A DNA stretch of 40,675 nucleotides, taken from the IMG/VR virus record IMGVR_UViG_3300049000_000025, positions 1 through 40,675 of that record; one strand, 5' to 3'. The notes below the pieces were generated by a model. The model was not told the origin of the DNA. It saw only the letters and a list, made by a program, of their open reading frames with translations, and did no database searches. The stretch is from a virus (taxonomy: Duplodnaviria; Caudoviricetes). The position numbers were made by a program, and so were the translations under genes. Position 1 is the stretch's first letter; each line of letters starts with the position of its first letter. Of the stretch, positions 8,247-17,635 are shown piece by piece.

Positions 8247-8674
8247 ACGGCCTCCAGAAATAGCGCTTTCTCTTTCCCTCTGCGATTCAACAGGCCCTGG
8301 CTGATATTGTTTCCAGACCAGATCCATTGCAAGAACTGAAACGCCGCGCTTTCGGTAGCACCCTCGTTCAGCAGGTGGAGCAGCGTGGATTTCGCCAAAG
8401 CATTGACGCCAACATTGTAGGTAAACGATACGAGCGCGTCGAACTGGTTCTGGTTGATAGGCACTTTGACGAGAGCATTTACCGCTTCCTCAGAGTGCTG
8501 CAAGTCGGCCTTGAGCAGGTCTTCTGCCTCTTCCATGGTGATGTGCTGGCCCATCTTTACGCCGTACGTGGTGCCGTATCCTATAGTAGGTATGCCTGCG
8601 CTGTCCTTGTACGCGTCGGCGCGGAAGCCTTCGAAGCTGCGAACGAGGGCTATGCCCTTCTCAGAGATGTTCAC
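8243..8674 (-). CDS. Endolysin, GH24 phage lysozyme
   Basis: FEG...AYKDSAGIPTIGYG (E-D-T triad), QFDALVSFTYNVG, GLLNRR..E. Confidence 0.95.
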   Translation of the reverse strand: MNISEKGIALVRSFEGFRADAYKDSAGIPTIGYGTTYGVKMGQHITMEEAEDLLKADLQHSEEAVNALVKVPINQNQFDALVSFTYNVGVNALAKSTLLHLLNEGATESAAFQFLQWIWSGNNISQGLLNRRGKEKALFLEAV

Positions 8675-9006
8675 CTCTTAAACAGCCCGAGAGCCTCAAG
8701 GGTACCCACGATGCCGAGGCCGATATAGACGTACGTTGCTATCTTGTCTTGCTTATCTGAGATTTTCCCTTGATTCAACTCGATCTTGTCCAAGGTTTTC
8801 GTATTCTCTTTATGTTTTTCGTCGATCTCGTGGCGCATGTCCACTAAATCCTGCTTAGCGTTTCTCTCTTTATGCGTATCTCGCATGTCGATGTATGCCC
8901 TTAGCCGTTCTTCAAGCGGGGGCTTACCGTTTCCAAGGATGGCATGTTCCAGCCTCTTCACCGTGTCATTCACGCGGAACCAATCCTCGTCACGAATCTC
9001 AGCCAC
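8671..9006 (-). CDS. Coiled-coil protein with C-terminal TM (lysis-associated)
   Basis: Heptad pattern then YVYIGLGIVGTLEALGLF; directly upstream of the lysozyme. Confidence 0.7.
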   Translation of the reverse strand: MAEIRDEDWFRVNDTVKRLEHAILGNGKPPLEERLRAYIDMRDTHKERNAKQDLVDMRHEIDEKHKENTKTLDKIELNQGKISDKQDKIATYVYIGLGIVGTLEALGLFKR

Positions 9007-9123
9007 TTACCGCTCCGAACATGGGATAAATTTCTTTTCACTCGCACTTGCTACCTTTAAGTGCATTATTTTCAACGCCAAGACAAGACCAATCATGAGC
9101 AGCAAAAGTAGAGGGCGACGCAT
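9007..9123 (-). CDS. 38-aa peptide with signal-peptide-like N-terminus
   Basis: MRRPLLLLLMIGLVLALKIMHLKVASA-SEKKFIPCSER; RBS GGAGG/GGAG. Confidence 0.55.
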   Translation of the reverse strand: MRRPLLLLLMIGLVLALKIMHLKVASASEKKFIPCSER

Positions 9124-9215
9124 CTCCAAGCCTCCACGAAATTTAGAATCAGCCCTTCCCGATTTTACGGCGCGATTACTGCACTTTCCGGGCTGCACTA
9201 TCGTACCATTTCGGC

Positions 9216-9716
9216 ATGACATTCGTAGAGATTTTGAATACTGTGGCCAACCTATTGCTGTTCGGCCTTATGATCTGGAGGAAGCCGCGACTCCCCACGC
9301 TTTGGGTGTGGCAGATCGCTTCCATTCTGTTGATCGTTGCGCTCGACTGCTCCCGGAATACGTCCGACTACGCAACGGTATGGTGGGGCGCGGCGCTACT
9401 TGGGATGATACTGGAATTTGGTACGCTCGTGGAGCTTTTAGAGTCGCGCTTCTCCTGGGTGAACGAAGGCGCAATCATCCTAATGATTCTTCATCTCTTC
9501 TTCAAAGGTGCAGAGCATTACTTCTGGCGTGATGATGAAGCATTCGCATGGCAACTACGTCATATAGCCGTTGTGCTAAACGAGATTCTCGGGGGATACT
9601 TGTGCTTGCTCGTCTATTTACATCCCAAAGGAGAAACGTATGTCCTGCGAAGACAAAAAGCCACAGGAACCGAAGTTGCCAAAGCCTACCGAACCAGTAA
9701 TTCGCCCGCTCACTGA
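9216..9716 (+). CDS. Polytopic membrane protein (about 5 TM)
   Basis: Alternating hydrophobic segments; opposite strand to flanking operons. Confidence 0.75.
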   Translation: MTFVEILNTVANLLLFGLMIWRKPRLPTLWVWQIASILLIVALDCSRNTSDYATVWWGAALLGMILEFGTLVELLESRFSWVNEGAIILMILHLFFKGAEHYFWRDDEAFAWQLRHIAVVLNEILGGYLCLLVYLHPKGETYVLRRQKATGTEVAKAYRTSNSPAH

Positions 9717-9765
9717 CCTGGATCCTCCCCCACCCAAGGGCGGACACCCCGTCAATAACGGGTAA
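9640..9765 (+). CDS. 41-aa proline-rich peptide
   Basis: RBS AAAGGAG; MSCEDKKPQEPKLPKPTEPVIRPLTDLDPPPPKGGHPVNNG. Confidence 0.65.
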   Translation: MSCEDKKPQEPKLPKPTEPVIRPLTDLDPPPPKGGHPVNNG

Positions 9766-9770
9766 TAGCA

Positions 9771-9792
9771 AGCGCCGCCGGTATGGGGCGCT
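9771..9792. terminator. Hairpin between convergent genes
   Basis: AGCGCC...GGCGCT stem. Confidence 0.35.
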
Positions 9793-9794
9793 GC

Positions 9795-10928
9795 TTATTT
9801 GTTGGAGGTTTTGCTCAAGAATGTGGCCTTATCCATCATGTACTGGTTGGCCAGCCCGCCGAGCTTGAAGGATTTGGAACCTTGCACCACATTCCATTGC
9901 GTTGTGCCATCAAATGAGACCGGCATCGAGTCTGCTGTCACATAAAGCGCACATTTACCGCCCGACGTGGCATCGTAGGTTCCGCCATTGACTTTGACTC
10001 CTGTAGCCGCTCCTTCTACCGTGATCGAGCATCCAGATACGTTGCTTACGGTCTCGCGCGTATAGGTGGCTCCGGTGCCTCCTTTGCCGTCCAACCCGTT
10101 GATTAACGTCCCGCCCGTTCCCATTGCGAGATTGAAGATCTTGTCATCGTGCGCTGTACCGTTGACGCCGATCTGTAAGCCAAAGCCGCGCCCATCGTGG
10201 ATGGAGTTGTAGGCAGCATCGTCGTTCGGGCAGATGGCCGTGATGCCGCCCTCATTGTTCGAAACGTTGTTCTTGTAGAAACCGTTCTTCGAGCAAGTTG
10301 CGTTATAGTACCCGCGATCCTGAATACCCATCTGAGTGACGGTCTGAACCGTGTTCCCCTGAACGAGAGCGCCGGTGAGACCTCCCAGCTGGATACCAGC
10401 TTCGTTATAGTCAAGACCTACCGTGTCATCGATACGGCCGATGTAGTTATTGGTGATCTGCACGCCGGTGATCTGCGGGGCACCCACGTAATTGCAGGCG
10501 AGGACACTTATTCCAGAGTATCCAGTGTGATCGATGATGACGTGATCGATGATAAGCCCGTTCGGATTGACAGTTTTCGAACAAACTGCGGAGATTCCCG
10601 GTCCGGTGGATTTGGTGACGTAGATGTAGGAGATCTTTACATTCTGGTGATTGCCGACAACGATGCCACCCACGATCGTGGGAGATGAGCTACCGGAGCG
10701 CGTGAACGTGCAAGAGTCGCAGGGGACGATAAGCGGTGTGAACCAACTGCTTTTGCCATCCAGGATGAGCGTGTCGCCCTTTTTCATTGCAGAGGTAGCC
10801 TTCACGAGCGAAGCGAACGGCTTGGCAGTATCTGTACCTGCATTGAGGTCGGAACCACTGTTGCTGACATAATAGGTAGCGCAATAGAGAGGTGCGCTGG
10901 CAAGAAGAAGAAGAGCAAGTTTACGCAT
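9795..10928 (-). CDS. Right-handed beta-helix (pectate-lyase-like) protein with signal peptide
   Basis: ATYYVSNSGSD.NAGT..KPFASL.KA..GDT N-cap, Asn/Gly-rich rungs; MRKLALLLLASAPLYC leader. Confidence 0.8.
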   Translation of the reverse strand: MRKLALLLLASAPLYCATYYVSNSGSDLNAGTDTAKPFASLVKATSAMKKGDTLILDGKSSWFTPLIVPCDSCTFTRSGSSSPTIVGGIVVGNHQNVKISYIYVTKSTGPGISAVCSKTVNPNGLIIDHVIIDHTGYSGISVLACNYVGAPQITGVQITNNYIGRIDDTVGLDYNEAGIQLGGLTGALVQGNTVQTVTQMGIQDRGYYNATCSKNGFYKNNVSNNEGGITAICPNDDAAYNSIHDGRGFGLQIGVNGTAHDDKIFNLAMGTGGTLINGLDGKGGTGATYTRETVSNVSGCSITVEGAATGVKVNGGTYDATSGGKCALYVTADSMPVSFDGTTQWNVVQGSKSFKLGGLANQYMMDKATFLSKTSNK

Positions 10929-10934
10929 AGAACC

Positions 10935-11453
10935 TCACTGAATAACTCTAACGTTGTATGTTCCGCTCGCTGGAGTTCCTGCAATCAGAGCGGATATGCG
11001 AACAGTCGCCACGCCTGTAGTGAGTACCGCGCAGTCAATATTGAGGCCAACTGGCAGAAAAGTACCGTCAGCGCGTGTAGCAACGCAATTAGACCCCACA
11101 GAAGCTCCGGTCACCGCTGCTGTACTGGTTATGCTCGTTCCAAGGACAACCAAAGCCCCTCCGAAACTTGCTGTAGACCCAAGGATTGGGGAGAGGAGGT
11201 GATCCCAAGACCATGAACCGACCGAATTATCGCAGATCCAGAGACGGCCATTCGTCGCATCGGTCTGGATGTAAGCAACACCTGCAAGATTCGTAAGGCT
11301 GCACGTTTTTGTTGGCGCTCCCGTGCCGAAATACAGCGGAGCGGCTAGACCTGTGGTGGCGTCCTGTGCCGCCACTGCATGCTCGTCGTGCGCAATCGCA
11401 AGCATGATGACTGCGAGAACCAGAATCGCCAAACCACCGATAAATCTCCGCAT
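10935..11453 (-). CDS. Fibre-like protein with signal peptide
   Basis: GTGAP....G.AYIQTD....LWIC....W fibre motif; MRR + hydrophobic leader; RBS GGGAGG. Confidence 0.7.
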   Translation of the reverse strand: MRRFIGGLAILVLAVIMLAIAHDEHAVAAQDATTGLAAPLYFGTGAPTKTCSLTNLAGVAYIQTDATNGRLWICDNSVGSWSWDHLLSPILGSTASFGGALVVLGTSITSTAAVTGASVGSNCVATRADGTFLPVGLNIDCAVLTTGVATVRISALIAGTPASGTYNVRVIQ

Positions 11454-11467
11454 AGTGCCTCCCTGTT

Positions 11468-14400
11468 CTATTTCGCGTACCAGAGTGTTCCATCGTAAGT
11501 AAAGGTGTACTGAACGCCAGCCACCGCCGTCATTGCCGCTGCGATATTTCCACCGGTTACAGTTGTCCATGCTCCATCCGCGATGAGCGTAAGAGATCCA
11601 ACAAATCCAGCATAGGGTGGAGTTATGGTGGAAATGCTCGATGTTCCCGTAACGTGCGTTACCGATGCAGTCGGAGCAATCGTGGAAGCTGAAGGTATAG
11701 CGGTACCGAGGCTATTCGTTGGTACCGCGCGATAGGTGTATGTGCTCTGCCAGGAACATCCTCCGGTCGAAGCACTTGTGAGCACCACTTTGAAATATCC
11801 TGTGGCCCCGGGAGCTACCAGGGTTCCTCCCGATATTGCTTCAGAGTTGATTCCCGCCATGGTTATGGTGAAGGCTGTCGGATTCTGAACGCGGTACACG
11901 TAGCCGGTAAGTCCTAAGCATTCCGGAAGGCTCCATGTCGCTGCGGCGGTGACCGCCGCTGTCGTGAAGTTGTCGGCCGAGGTAAGGGCCTGGGTGGCCG
12001 AAGTATAGACCCCCGGGGATGTCGCTGTGGTTCCGTCAGCCGATAGGATAGCGCGGGCGAATGTAGGGCCATACGTGCCCGTCTGGAGTGCGGCTGAGGG
12101 ATGAACGCCATCAGGGAAGTTGGTGGTATTCGCTGCTGCTCCGTCTGCCCCAAGGACAGGGTTGGCCGCAATATCAATCAAGTTGTAACTCGCTGCGGAG
12201 GTACTGGCCCTAACCAGTGCGTTGTATTGATTTTTGAGAGAGTCGCACGTAGAGCCAGAATTAACTCCGGCTCCATTTCCAGTGCGGGAAAGCATGGTTC
12301 CAAGGAATACTTGATTCGCTCCCAGCTTTTTCAAGGTGCGGACACCGGCAAGAACGTTCTGCCAAGCTACGGCCAGCGTGAAAGAAGAACCGGACTGGCA
12401 GAGATCATTTGTTGCCGCCGACCCCATGTACCCATAGATCCTTCCTGAAGAGTTATCGAAATACTTCTGGTAGGGCTGGAGACCGGTTGCGATCCAAGCG
12501 GCCATAGTAGATCCGCCGATAGCAGGAATCAGGGGAATGTAGGTCGCGGACGATAGTCCTGTATTTGCCGTCGTGCAAGGTGGCTGGTTGGAATTGACGC
12601 CTGCTTCGATGGACGTTATCCCGCAGAGGATGCGGACGGTGGCGGAAGTGTAGTTGTTGACGAATGAACCGATCTGGAAACCCTTGTTCGTGACGACGTT
12701 ATTCCAAGCCAAGGCATTCTTATTAATTAAGGCGGTCATGTTGGTCTGCGAGGTTGGCTGCGTAGAGTAGACCGCGAATCCCAAGAGGGTGCCGTTCTTC
12801 ATGGCGCAGGTGCCGAGTGTGGTGCAGCTCGTACCCTGAGATCCGAAGACAGCAAAGGGAGCACCCGTTGGCATGGTAACGGAACCTAGGCTGGTCGCCC
12901 CCACGATGGTGGTCAATTGCTGCGTGTTCACATAAGCCCATGTGTTGGTTGTGCCGCCTGAGAAAGTCAGTACTTGCACCTGATCTCCGAGGAGAGCAAG
13001 AGCCTTTAGGGCGGACGCGCCATGGTAATTGAAGATCTCAGCGCCGAGCGTGTTCACTACAGTCTGATCGCCAGCAAGCCAAAAGGAAGAACCGCCAGTT
13101 GGTACGGAACCCAGACCGGCGAATACCCGCCCACCCGTGGAAGTCGCGGCGGCGGCGTTTACCGAAGAGACGACCTGGAAGGTAACGGGGGTGGTAATGG
13201 TCGGGCAGGAGATGTAACCGGTGTTGGTGTTACCGGCGAGGAGGGTCTTACCCACCCATGCCGGATCGGTGGAGGCGGAACCGGTGATATTGCATACCGT
13301 TCCGTTGATGATTCCGGTAAGGGTGGTGCCAGAACCTTCGTGGAGGTCGAACACGTCCACCAGAGTTGCGTCCGTGTTATCGAATGTAGGAAGGGATTGA
13401 CCTGAGTCCGCCAGGCCATTCCCCGCCGGATTGAAAATGGCGACGTTGCCCGCAGTTCCTGAAATGCTGCCCGCAGTGGAAAGTATGTAGTTCGTTCCAT
13501 TCCACGTGTAGCTGGAGGAAGGAAGGGTGTTTTCATCTATCACGGGCACGGAAATGGCTCCCCCGGTGACTGCCGAAATGGTGTCGGTGGGGGTAATGGC
13601 CTTGGGGACGATGACGCGACCACCGCCATTGGCAACACAAGCTGTTACGGCCTTCTGTATGGAGTCGTAAGGAGCGGTAAGGGATGCCGAGGAAACCACG
13701 TAGCAGGTGGTGTTCTGCTGGCGCACATCCATTCTGCCAGTTCCAGAATTGAGCTTCCACGTACTAAGAGAAGAGCTGTTGGACGTAGCAATAGTTCCAG
13801 CCAAAGTAAGATTACCGTCGATTCCGACGTCAGAACCAAAACGAGATGGAAGGCTAAAGAATGCTCCATATGCGGTCTGTACCGAAGCAGTGCCATAGGC
13901 GATTGTGCTGGCGTTCGAGATGTTATAGACCGGAGCGATGGTGGATACGCGGGCAGATGTCTCCATATAGCCCCAGATAATAGCCCCAACAGTTTTGGCG
14001 GATGCGGTTGTTCCGTAGAATCCGCGAGTCAGGCCAAGGAGGTGTGTAGCGTCGATAGAAGACCAGCAAAATGACTCAGCAAAACCAGAAAGAGCGACGT
14101 ATCCGCAGCCGCTGGACGGGAAGCCCGTAGTGGAGGTTACCGTGAAGGAAGTATCAGAGGCAGTAGCAGAAGCCGAAAGAGATAAGGAGGAAGCTGTGGC
14201 GAATAAGTAATTCGTTTGGGAGGCGCATGCAGATCCGGCACAGTAGGGGTTCGCACCGCCTACAAGAATGGTTTGGCCAAGCGCATTTGTGCCCAGCAGC
14301 GGAGCGGAGACGGGCACTGCAAGGCCATTGATCGCCGTGGCATTGGCTGCGGTGGTTGCATTGGCTACTGTGCCTGATGGAATCACATAATCCGTACCGG

Positions 14401-14560
14401 CAGCAGCAGGAGTGCACCCGCCCGCGCCGTCACCCTTCTGGAGGCCAGATCCTGTGGTGATGCAACCCGTTCCACCGCCGCCACCGCCGTTGAGCGGTCC
14501 GCCACCGATCTGCGCAATCAACGGAGAAGCCAGAAAGAGAAGTGCAAACATAAATTTCAT
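11468..14560 (-). CDS. Large tail-fibre/receptor-binding-like protein with SGNH-hydrolase-like domain and signal peptide
   Basis: T/S/G-rich; TSI, ATND and DGVHP SGNH-like blocks; MKFMFALLFLASPLIA-Q leader; RBS AAGGAG. Confidence 0.75.
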   Translation of the reverse strand: MKFMFALLFLASPLIAQIGGGPLNGGGGGGTGCITTGSGLQKGDGAGGCTPAAAGTDYVIPSGTVANATTAANATAINGLAVPVSAPLLGTNALGQTILVGGANPYCAGSACASQTNYLFATASSLSLSASATASDTSFTVTSTTGFPSSGCGYVALSGFAESFCWSSIDATHLLGLTRGFYGTTASAKTVGAIIWGYMETSARVSTIAPVYNISNASTIAYGTASVQTAYGAFFSLPSRFGSDVGIDGNLTLAGTIATSNSSSLSTWKLNSGTGRMDVRQQNTTCYVVSSASLTAPYDSIQKAVTACVANGGGRVIVPKAITPTDTISAVTGGAISVPVIDENTLPSSSYTWNGTNYILSTAGSISGTAGNVAIFNPAGNGLADSGQSLPTFDNTDATLVDVFDLHEGSGTTLTGIINGTVCNITGSASTDPAWVGKTLLAGNTNTGYISCPTITTPVTFQVVSSVNAAAATSTGGRVFAGLGSVPTGGSSFWLAGDQTVVNTLGAEIFNYHGASALKALALLGDQVQVLTFSGGTTNTWAYVNTQQLTTIVGATSLGSVTMPTGAPFAVFGSQGTSCTTLGTCAMKNGTLLGFAVYSTQPTSQTNMTALINKNALAWNNVVTNKGFQIGSFVNNYTSATVRILCGITSIEAGVNSNQPPCTTANTGLSSATYIPLIPAIGGSTMAAWIATGLQPYQKYFDNSSGRIYGYMGSAATNDLCQSGSSFTLAVAWQNVLAGVRTLKKLGANQVFLGTMLSRTGNGAGVNSGSTCDSLKNQYNALVRASTSAASYNLIDIAANPVLGADGAAANTTNFPDGVHPSAALQTGTYGPTFARAILSADGTTATSPGVYTSATQALTSADNFTTAAVTAAATWSLPECLGLTGYVYRVQNPTAFTITMAGINSEAISGGTLVAPGATGYFKVVLTSASTGGCSWQSTYTYRAVPTNSLGTAIPSASTIAPTASVTHVTGTSSISTITPPYAGFVGSLTLIADGAWTTVTGGNIAAAMTAVAGVQYTFTYDGTLWYAK

Positions 14561-14574
14561 AGTGCTCCTTTGAT

Positions 14575-15288
14575 TTACCAAGTGGCCATCGCTACGCGGA
14601 CCCAGGTGTTTGTTGCAATCGCATAGCAGTGGTATGCAATTCCGGAAATGACACTTTCTCGTATTTCACCCGTCACGCCAGTTGCTGTACTGGTGGTCGG
14701 ACAAGGCAGAGAAAATCTAAGCGCCCTGATGGTAGTACTGCCATCATCATTGAGAGATCGAGACAGATTAGGAGCCAACATGCTCCACGATTCAGGGCAA
14801 TTCCCTGGCCCAGAACCCGAGAATCCCCCAAACTCTAAATGCAAACTGTTGTCCTGGATGAAGACTCCGGAACCAGAACCTCCGCAGTAATATCCTTGCA
14901 AATGAGGGGTTATTCGCCATTGCTGATAGGCCGAAGGGAATCCGGAGGCAATACCTCCCACGGAAGCCATCCTGAATCCGCGTGAAACGATGTACGACTC
15001 GCTTCCCATGGGTGTGCCAACGGTTCCATTGCCTACTACCAGGTCAAACCCACCGTTATTGTAGTTGCTGGTCAACCCTCCTGTTAATCCGGCATCTCCT
15101 GATTGGTTGACCGGCGTATAGGGAGCGGCAACGATTTCACGGCTACCATTGGTACCGACGAAGGAAATGGCCTGCGCGGTAGGCTGGCTCACATTACCCG
15201 TACCCGTTCCCTGGTAAAGCGTAGTGGTATTGATCTGCCCATGAGCCATTGATGCAATACCAAAACAAAGAAGTAATAATTTTCTCAT
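14575..15288 (-). CDS. Fibre-like protein with signal peptide
   Basis: C-terminal PTTSTATGVTGEI....Y.C.A.ATNTWVRVAMATW fibre motif; MRKLLLLCFGIASMAHG-Q leader. Confidence 0.72.
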   Translation of the reverse strand: MRKLLLLCFGIASMAHGQINTTTLYQGTGTGNVSQPTAQAISFVGTNGSREIVAAPYTPVNQSGDAGLTGGLTSNYNNGGFDLVVGNGTVGTPMGSESYIVSRGFRMASVGGIASGFPSAYQQWRITPHLQGYYCGGSGSGVFIQDNSLHLEFGGFSGSGPGNCPESWSMLAPNLSRSLNDDGSTTIRALRFSLPCPTTSTATGVTGEIRESVISGIAYHCYAIATNTWVRVAMATW

Positions 15289-16217
15289 TAGTGCCCCTTA
15301 GCTTCCCAGCAAGCATGTACAACGTTGGTGATATTGCTTGCGCCGCCACCGCCGATAAGCACCGGGCATGTGAAATTGACCGTAAATCCGTTCACCGATA
15401 TCGCGGAGGCATGGCACTCGATGGGATAGATCGTGGAACCATCAGGATTATTGTCGGGTGTGCAAGTAACGCTTGGAGCCACCGTAAAAGCGCCGCCAGG
15501 AAACGTCACGGACACCGCAGATTCGGATACTCCCGTAGGCGAAGCAGCGCTTACTCCCCATTTCATCTTTGTGCCATCGGGGAAAGTCAGCGAAGATCCG
15601 TTGCTATCGTCCACGCGAGCAGGAAATGTTGCTCCATTGCTTGCGGAGGTCAGTCTGCCCAACGCATCGACGGTGACCGTAGCCGAAGTGTAGGTGCCTG
15701 CGGTAACGCCTGAAGGCCCAAGACCCACCACGGTAGCCGGAATGGTGGCATCGTCCGTAATCACGAAAGGCGATAGGAAGTTCAACGAGGGTCGCTGCGT
15801 TTGCGCTGTACCTGCCGCGTCCACTTCCTGATAGAAGAACTTCGTCTTCGGATTGACATCGACCACAATGCGGCTTAGCGGGTAATCGGGAAGGTTACCA
15901 AGCGGAATCGTGCCAGTGATGTCGCCCGCGCTGATCGTGGTTATGCCCGATATCTGGTCTGCCGTCCACTGGATAACCCCATTCGCGTCTTCAAGCACGA
16001 ACTTGTAAACGAGATTCCCCAAGAATAATGCAGCTTGACCATTTTCATCCAACACGATTGGATTCGTCTGCGCGGTGCCGCCGCCAGCATCGGTATACGT
16101 AGCCTGCGGGATGAGCGTTCCTGCTGCATAAGTGAATAGCTGACCGCCAACGAGTGGCAGGCCGTCATTGTCGGTAGCCTTGAAAACTGGATCGTAAAAC
16201 GGAATCAAAAGGCTCAT
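15288..16217 (-). CDS. Short tail fibre/tailspike anchor protein (virion-binding N-terminus)
   Basis: D.DG.PL.GG.LFTYAAGT..P.ATYTD..G...TNPIVLD..G.A head-binding motif; C-terminal WG..VTFP..AF domain. Confidence 0.8.
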   Translation of the reverse strand: MSLLIPFYDPVFKATDNDGLPLVGGQLFTYAAGTLIPQATYTDAGGGTAQTNPIVLDENGQAALFLGNLVYKFVLEDANGVIQWTADQISGITTISAGDITGTIPLGNLPDYPLSRIVVDVNPKTKFFYQEVDAAGTAQTQRPSLNFLSPFVITDDATIPATVVGLGPSGVTAGTYTSATVTVDALGRLTSASNGATFPARVDDSNGSSLTFPDGTKMKWGVSAASPTGVSESAVSVTFPGGAFTVAPSVTCTPDNNPDGSTIYPIECHASAISVNGFTVNFTCPVLIGGGGASNITNVVHACWEAKGH

Positions 16218-17635
16218 CGCTTGCTCCTCAGCCAATCTTCTAGTCGCATGCCTGCGCTGGACATCGCCTTACCACCACGATACAGGCCTGTAGCGACGGC
16301 AGTCTTTGCGGGTAGACTATCAGCCGCCAATCCTAGCCCGCCGCCTACCACGGTGCCCAATCCTGGCCCACCGATAGCACTTCCGAGAGCCGCACCTGCG
16401 CCAGCAGCCAAACTCTGCTCTTTGAAGTTTGTTAGCGGCGCTGAACCTGTCGAGGCGCGGAGTTGCGCACGCTTGCGAAGGTTTATCAAGTCACCATAAG
16501 CACGGTTCAATTCCTTTACGCCAGGAACTGCGTCATCGAGAATACTGCTGATCGCGCTATATTGGGCTTCGCGTACATTATTCAGTTTGGTCTCAAGGTC
16601 GCTTGTTGATTTCCAGTTTATGTTCTTTGTCAGTTTCTGTTTCAAATCAAACAATTCCTTGGGTGTAAATCCACCGCGCGCCGAAGCTTTGTCCAATTCG
16701 GGGGCGAGACGATTCGCATAGTCTACAAGTGGGCCAGTATTTCCGCTTCCCCCAAACCCCGCCTCTAGATCATGAGCGTTCTTAAGCGGGGCCGCGATAG
16801 CATCGAATACTGCTTGTACCGGTATGCGAGGCTTGGCTACTGCACCCGGCAAAGAATTTTGCGCTCCGGGGCCAATCTGTGGCTGGTGGTATTGACCTTC
16901 AGGCGGGTTTACAGGAGTATTTTCGCTTGCCTTCTCGTAGGCCTCGCCTATACGCTTGCCTACATCCGAAATTGCGTTGTCCGCCTTCGTAGCAATCGAA
17001 TCCATGGACGCCGAAGCGCCAAATCCCGACTTCAGGTACTGCCTTCCAGGGTTTGCTCCATGCTCGAAATCCTTTTGTAGTGAACCAACGGTCTTGTTGA
17101 TCCTTTTTACTGCAAAATCTTGCGCACCTTCGCCCGCCGTCTGGAGAGCAGAAGAGGTCTTTGTAGCAGCCGATTCAACCAAAGCAGGTGCCGCTTCCTT
17201 CAACTCGAAAGCAGCCTTTGGCCCCGCTATTCCTGCCACGGTACCAAGCAAAGTTCCTATTGCACCCGAGGTATTACCTGCGTCCTGCTGCTCCTGAGCC
17301 GCAGCCAAGCCGGGGCCTAGGATCGGCACTGCCTTACCCAACTTGCGGCGCGTTTCGAGCGTCAATCCATCTTTAGCCACGGCGCTGGCCGCGTCCTTTA
17401 CGTTCTGAACTGATTGCTTTCCAAATTGCACCAATCCCTGCCCCATTTGTAGGGCATTGTCGATAGGGTGAGGGTTAGACAGCATGGAACCCAAGCCCGA
17501 AATACCGGAAGCATCTGCGAATGAGCCTAAAAGTCCTCTATCCGGTTGACGTGCCTGCTGAGCGAGAGCGGAATAATCCACACCTGAACGCGCTTGATCC
17601 GCAAGAGCAGCGTAATCGACCGGGGCGGTACTCAC
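16214..17635 (-). CDS. DNA ejection / internal virion protein
   Basis: A/G-rich helical protein, third in the ejection cluster; Gly-zipper C-terminus. Confidence 0.65.
   Translation of the reverse strand: MSTAPVDYAALADQARSGVDYSALAQQARQPDRGLLGSFADASGISGLGSMLSNPHPIDNALQMGQGLVQFGKQSVQNVKDAASAVAKDGLTLETRRKLGKAVPILGPGLAAAQEQQDAGNTSGAIGTLLGTVAGIAGPKAAFELKEAAPALVESAATKTSSALQTAGEGAQDFAVKRINKTVGSLQKDFEHGANPGRQYLKSGFGASASMDSIATKADNAISDVGKRIGEAYEKASENTPVNPPEGQYHQPQIGPGAQNSLPGAVAKPRIPVQAVFDAIAAPLKNAHDLEAGFGGSGNTGPLVDYANRLAPELDKASARGGFTPKELFDLKQKLTKNINWKSTSDLETKLNNVREAQYSAISSILDDAVPGVKELNRAYGDLINLRKRAQLRASTGSAPLTNFKEQSLAAGAGAALGSAIGGPGLGTVVGGGLGLAADSLPAKTAVATGLYRGGKAMSSAGMRLEDWLRSKR

Noticed and set aside
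8786-9532. 248-aa plus-strand ORF
   Set aside because: Overlaps better-supported lysis genes (antisense) and the TM gene (other frame); no RBS or motif
14470-14510. CCG/CCA microrepeat
   Set aside because: Simply encodes a poly-Gly linker
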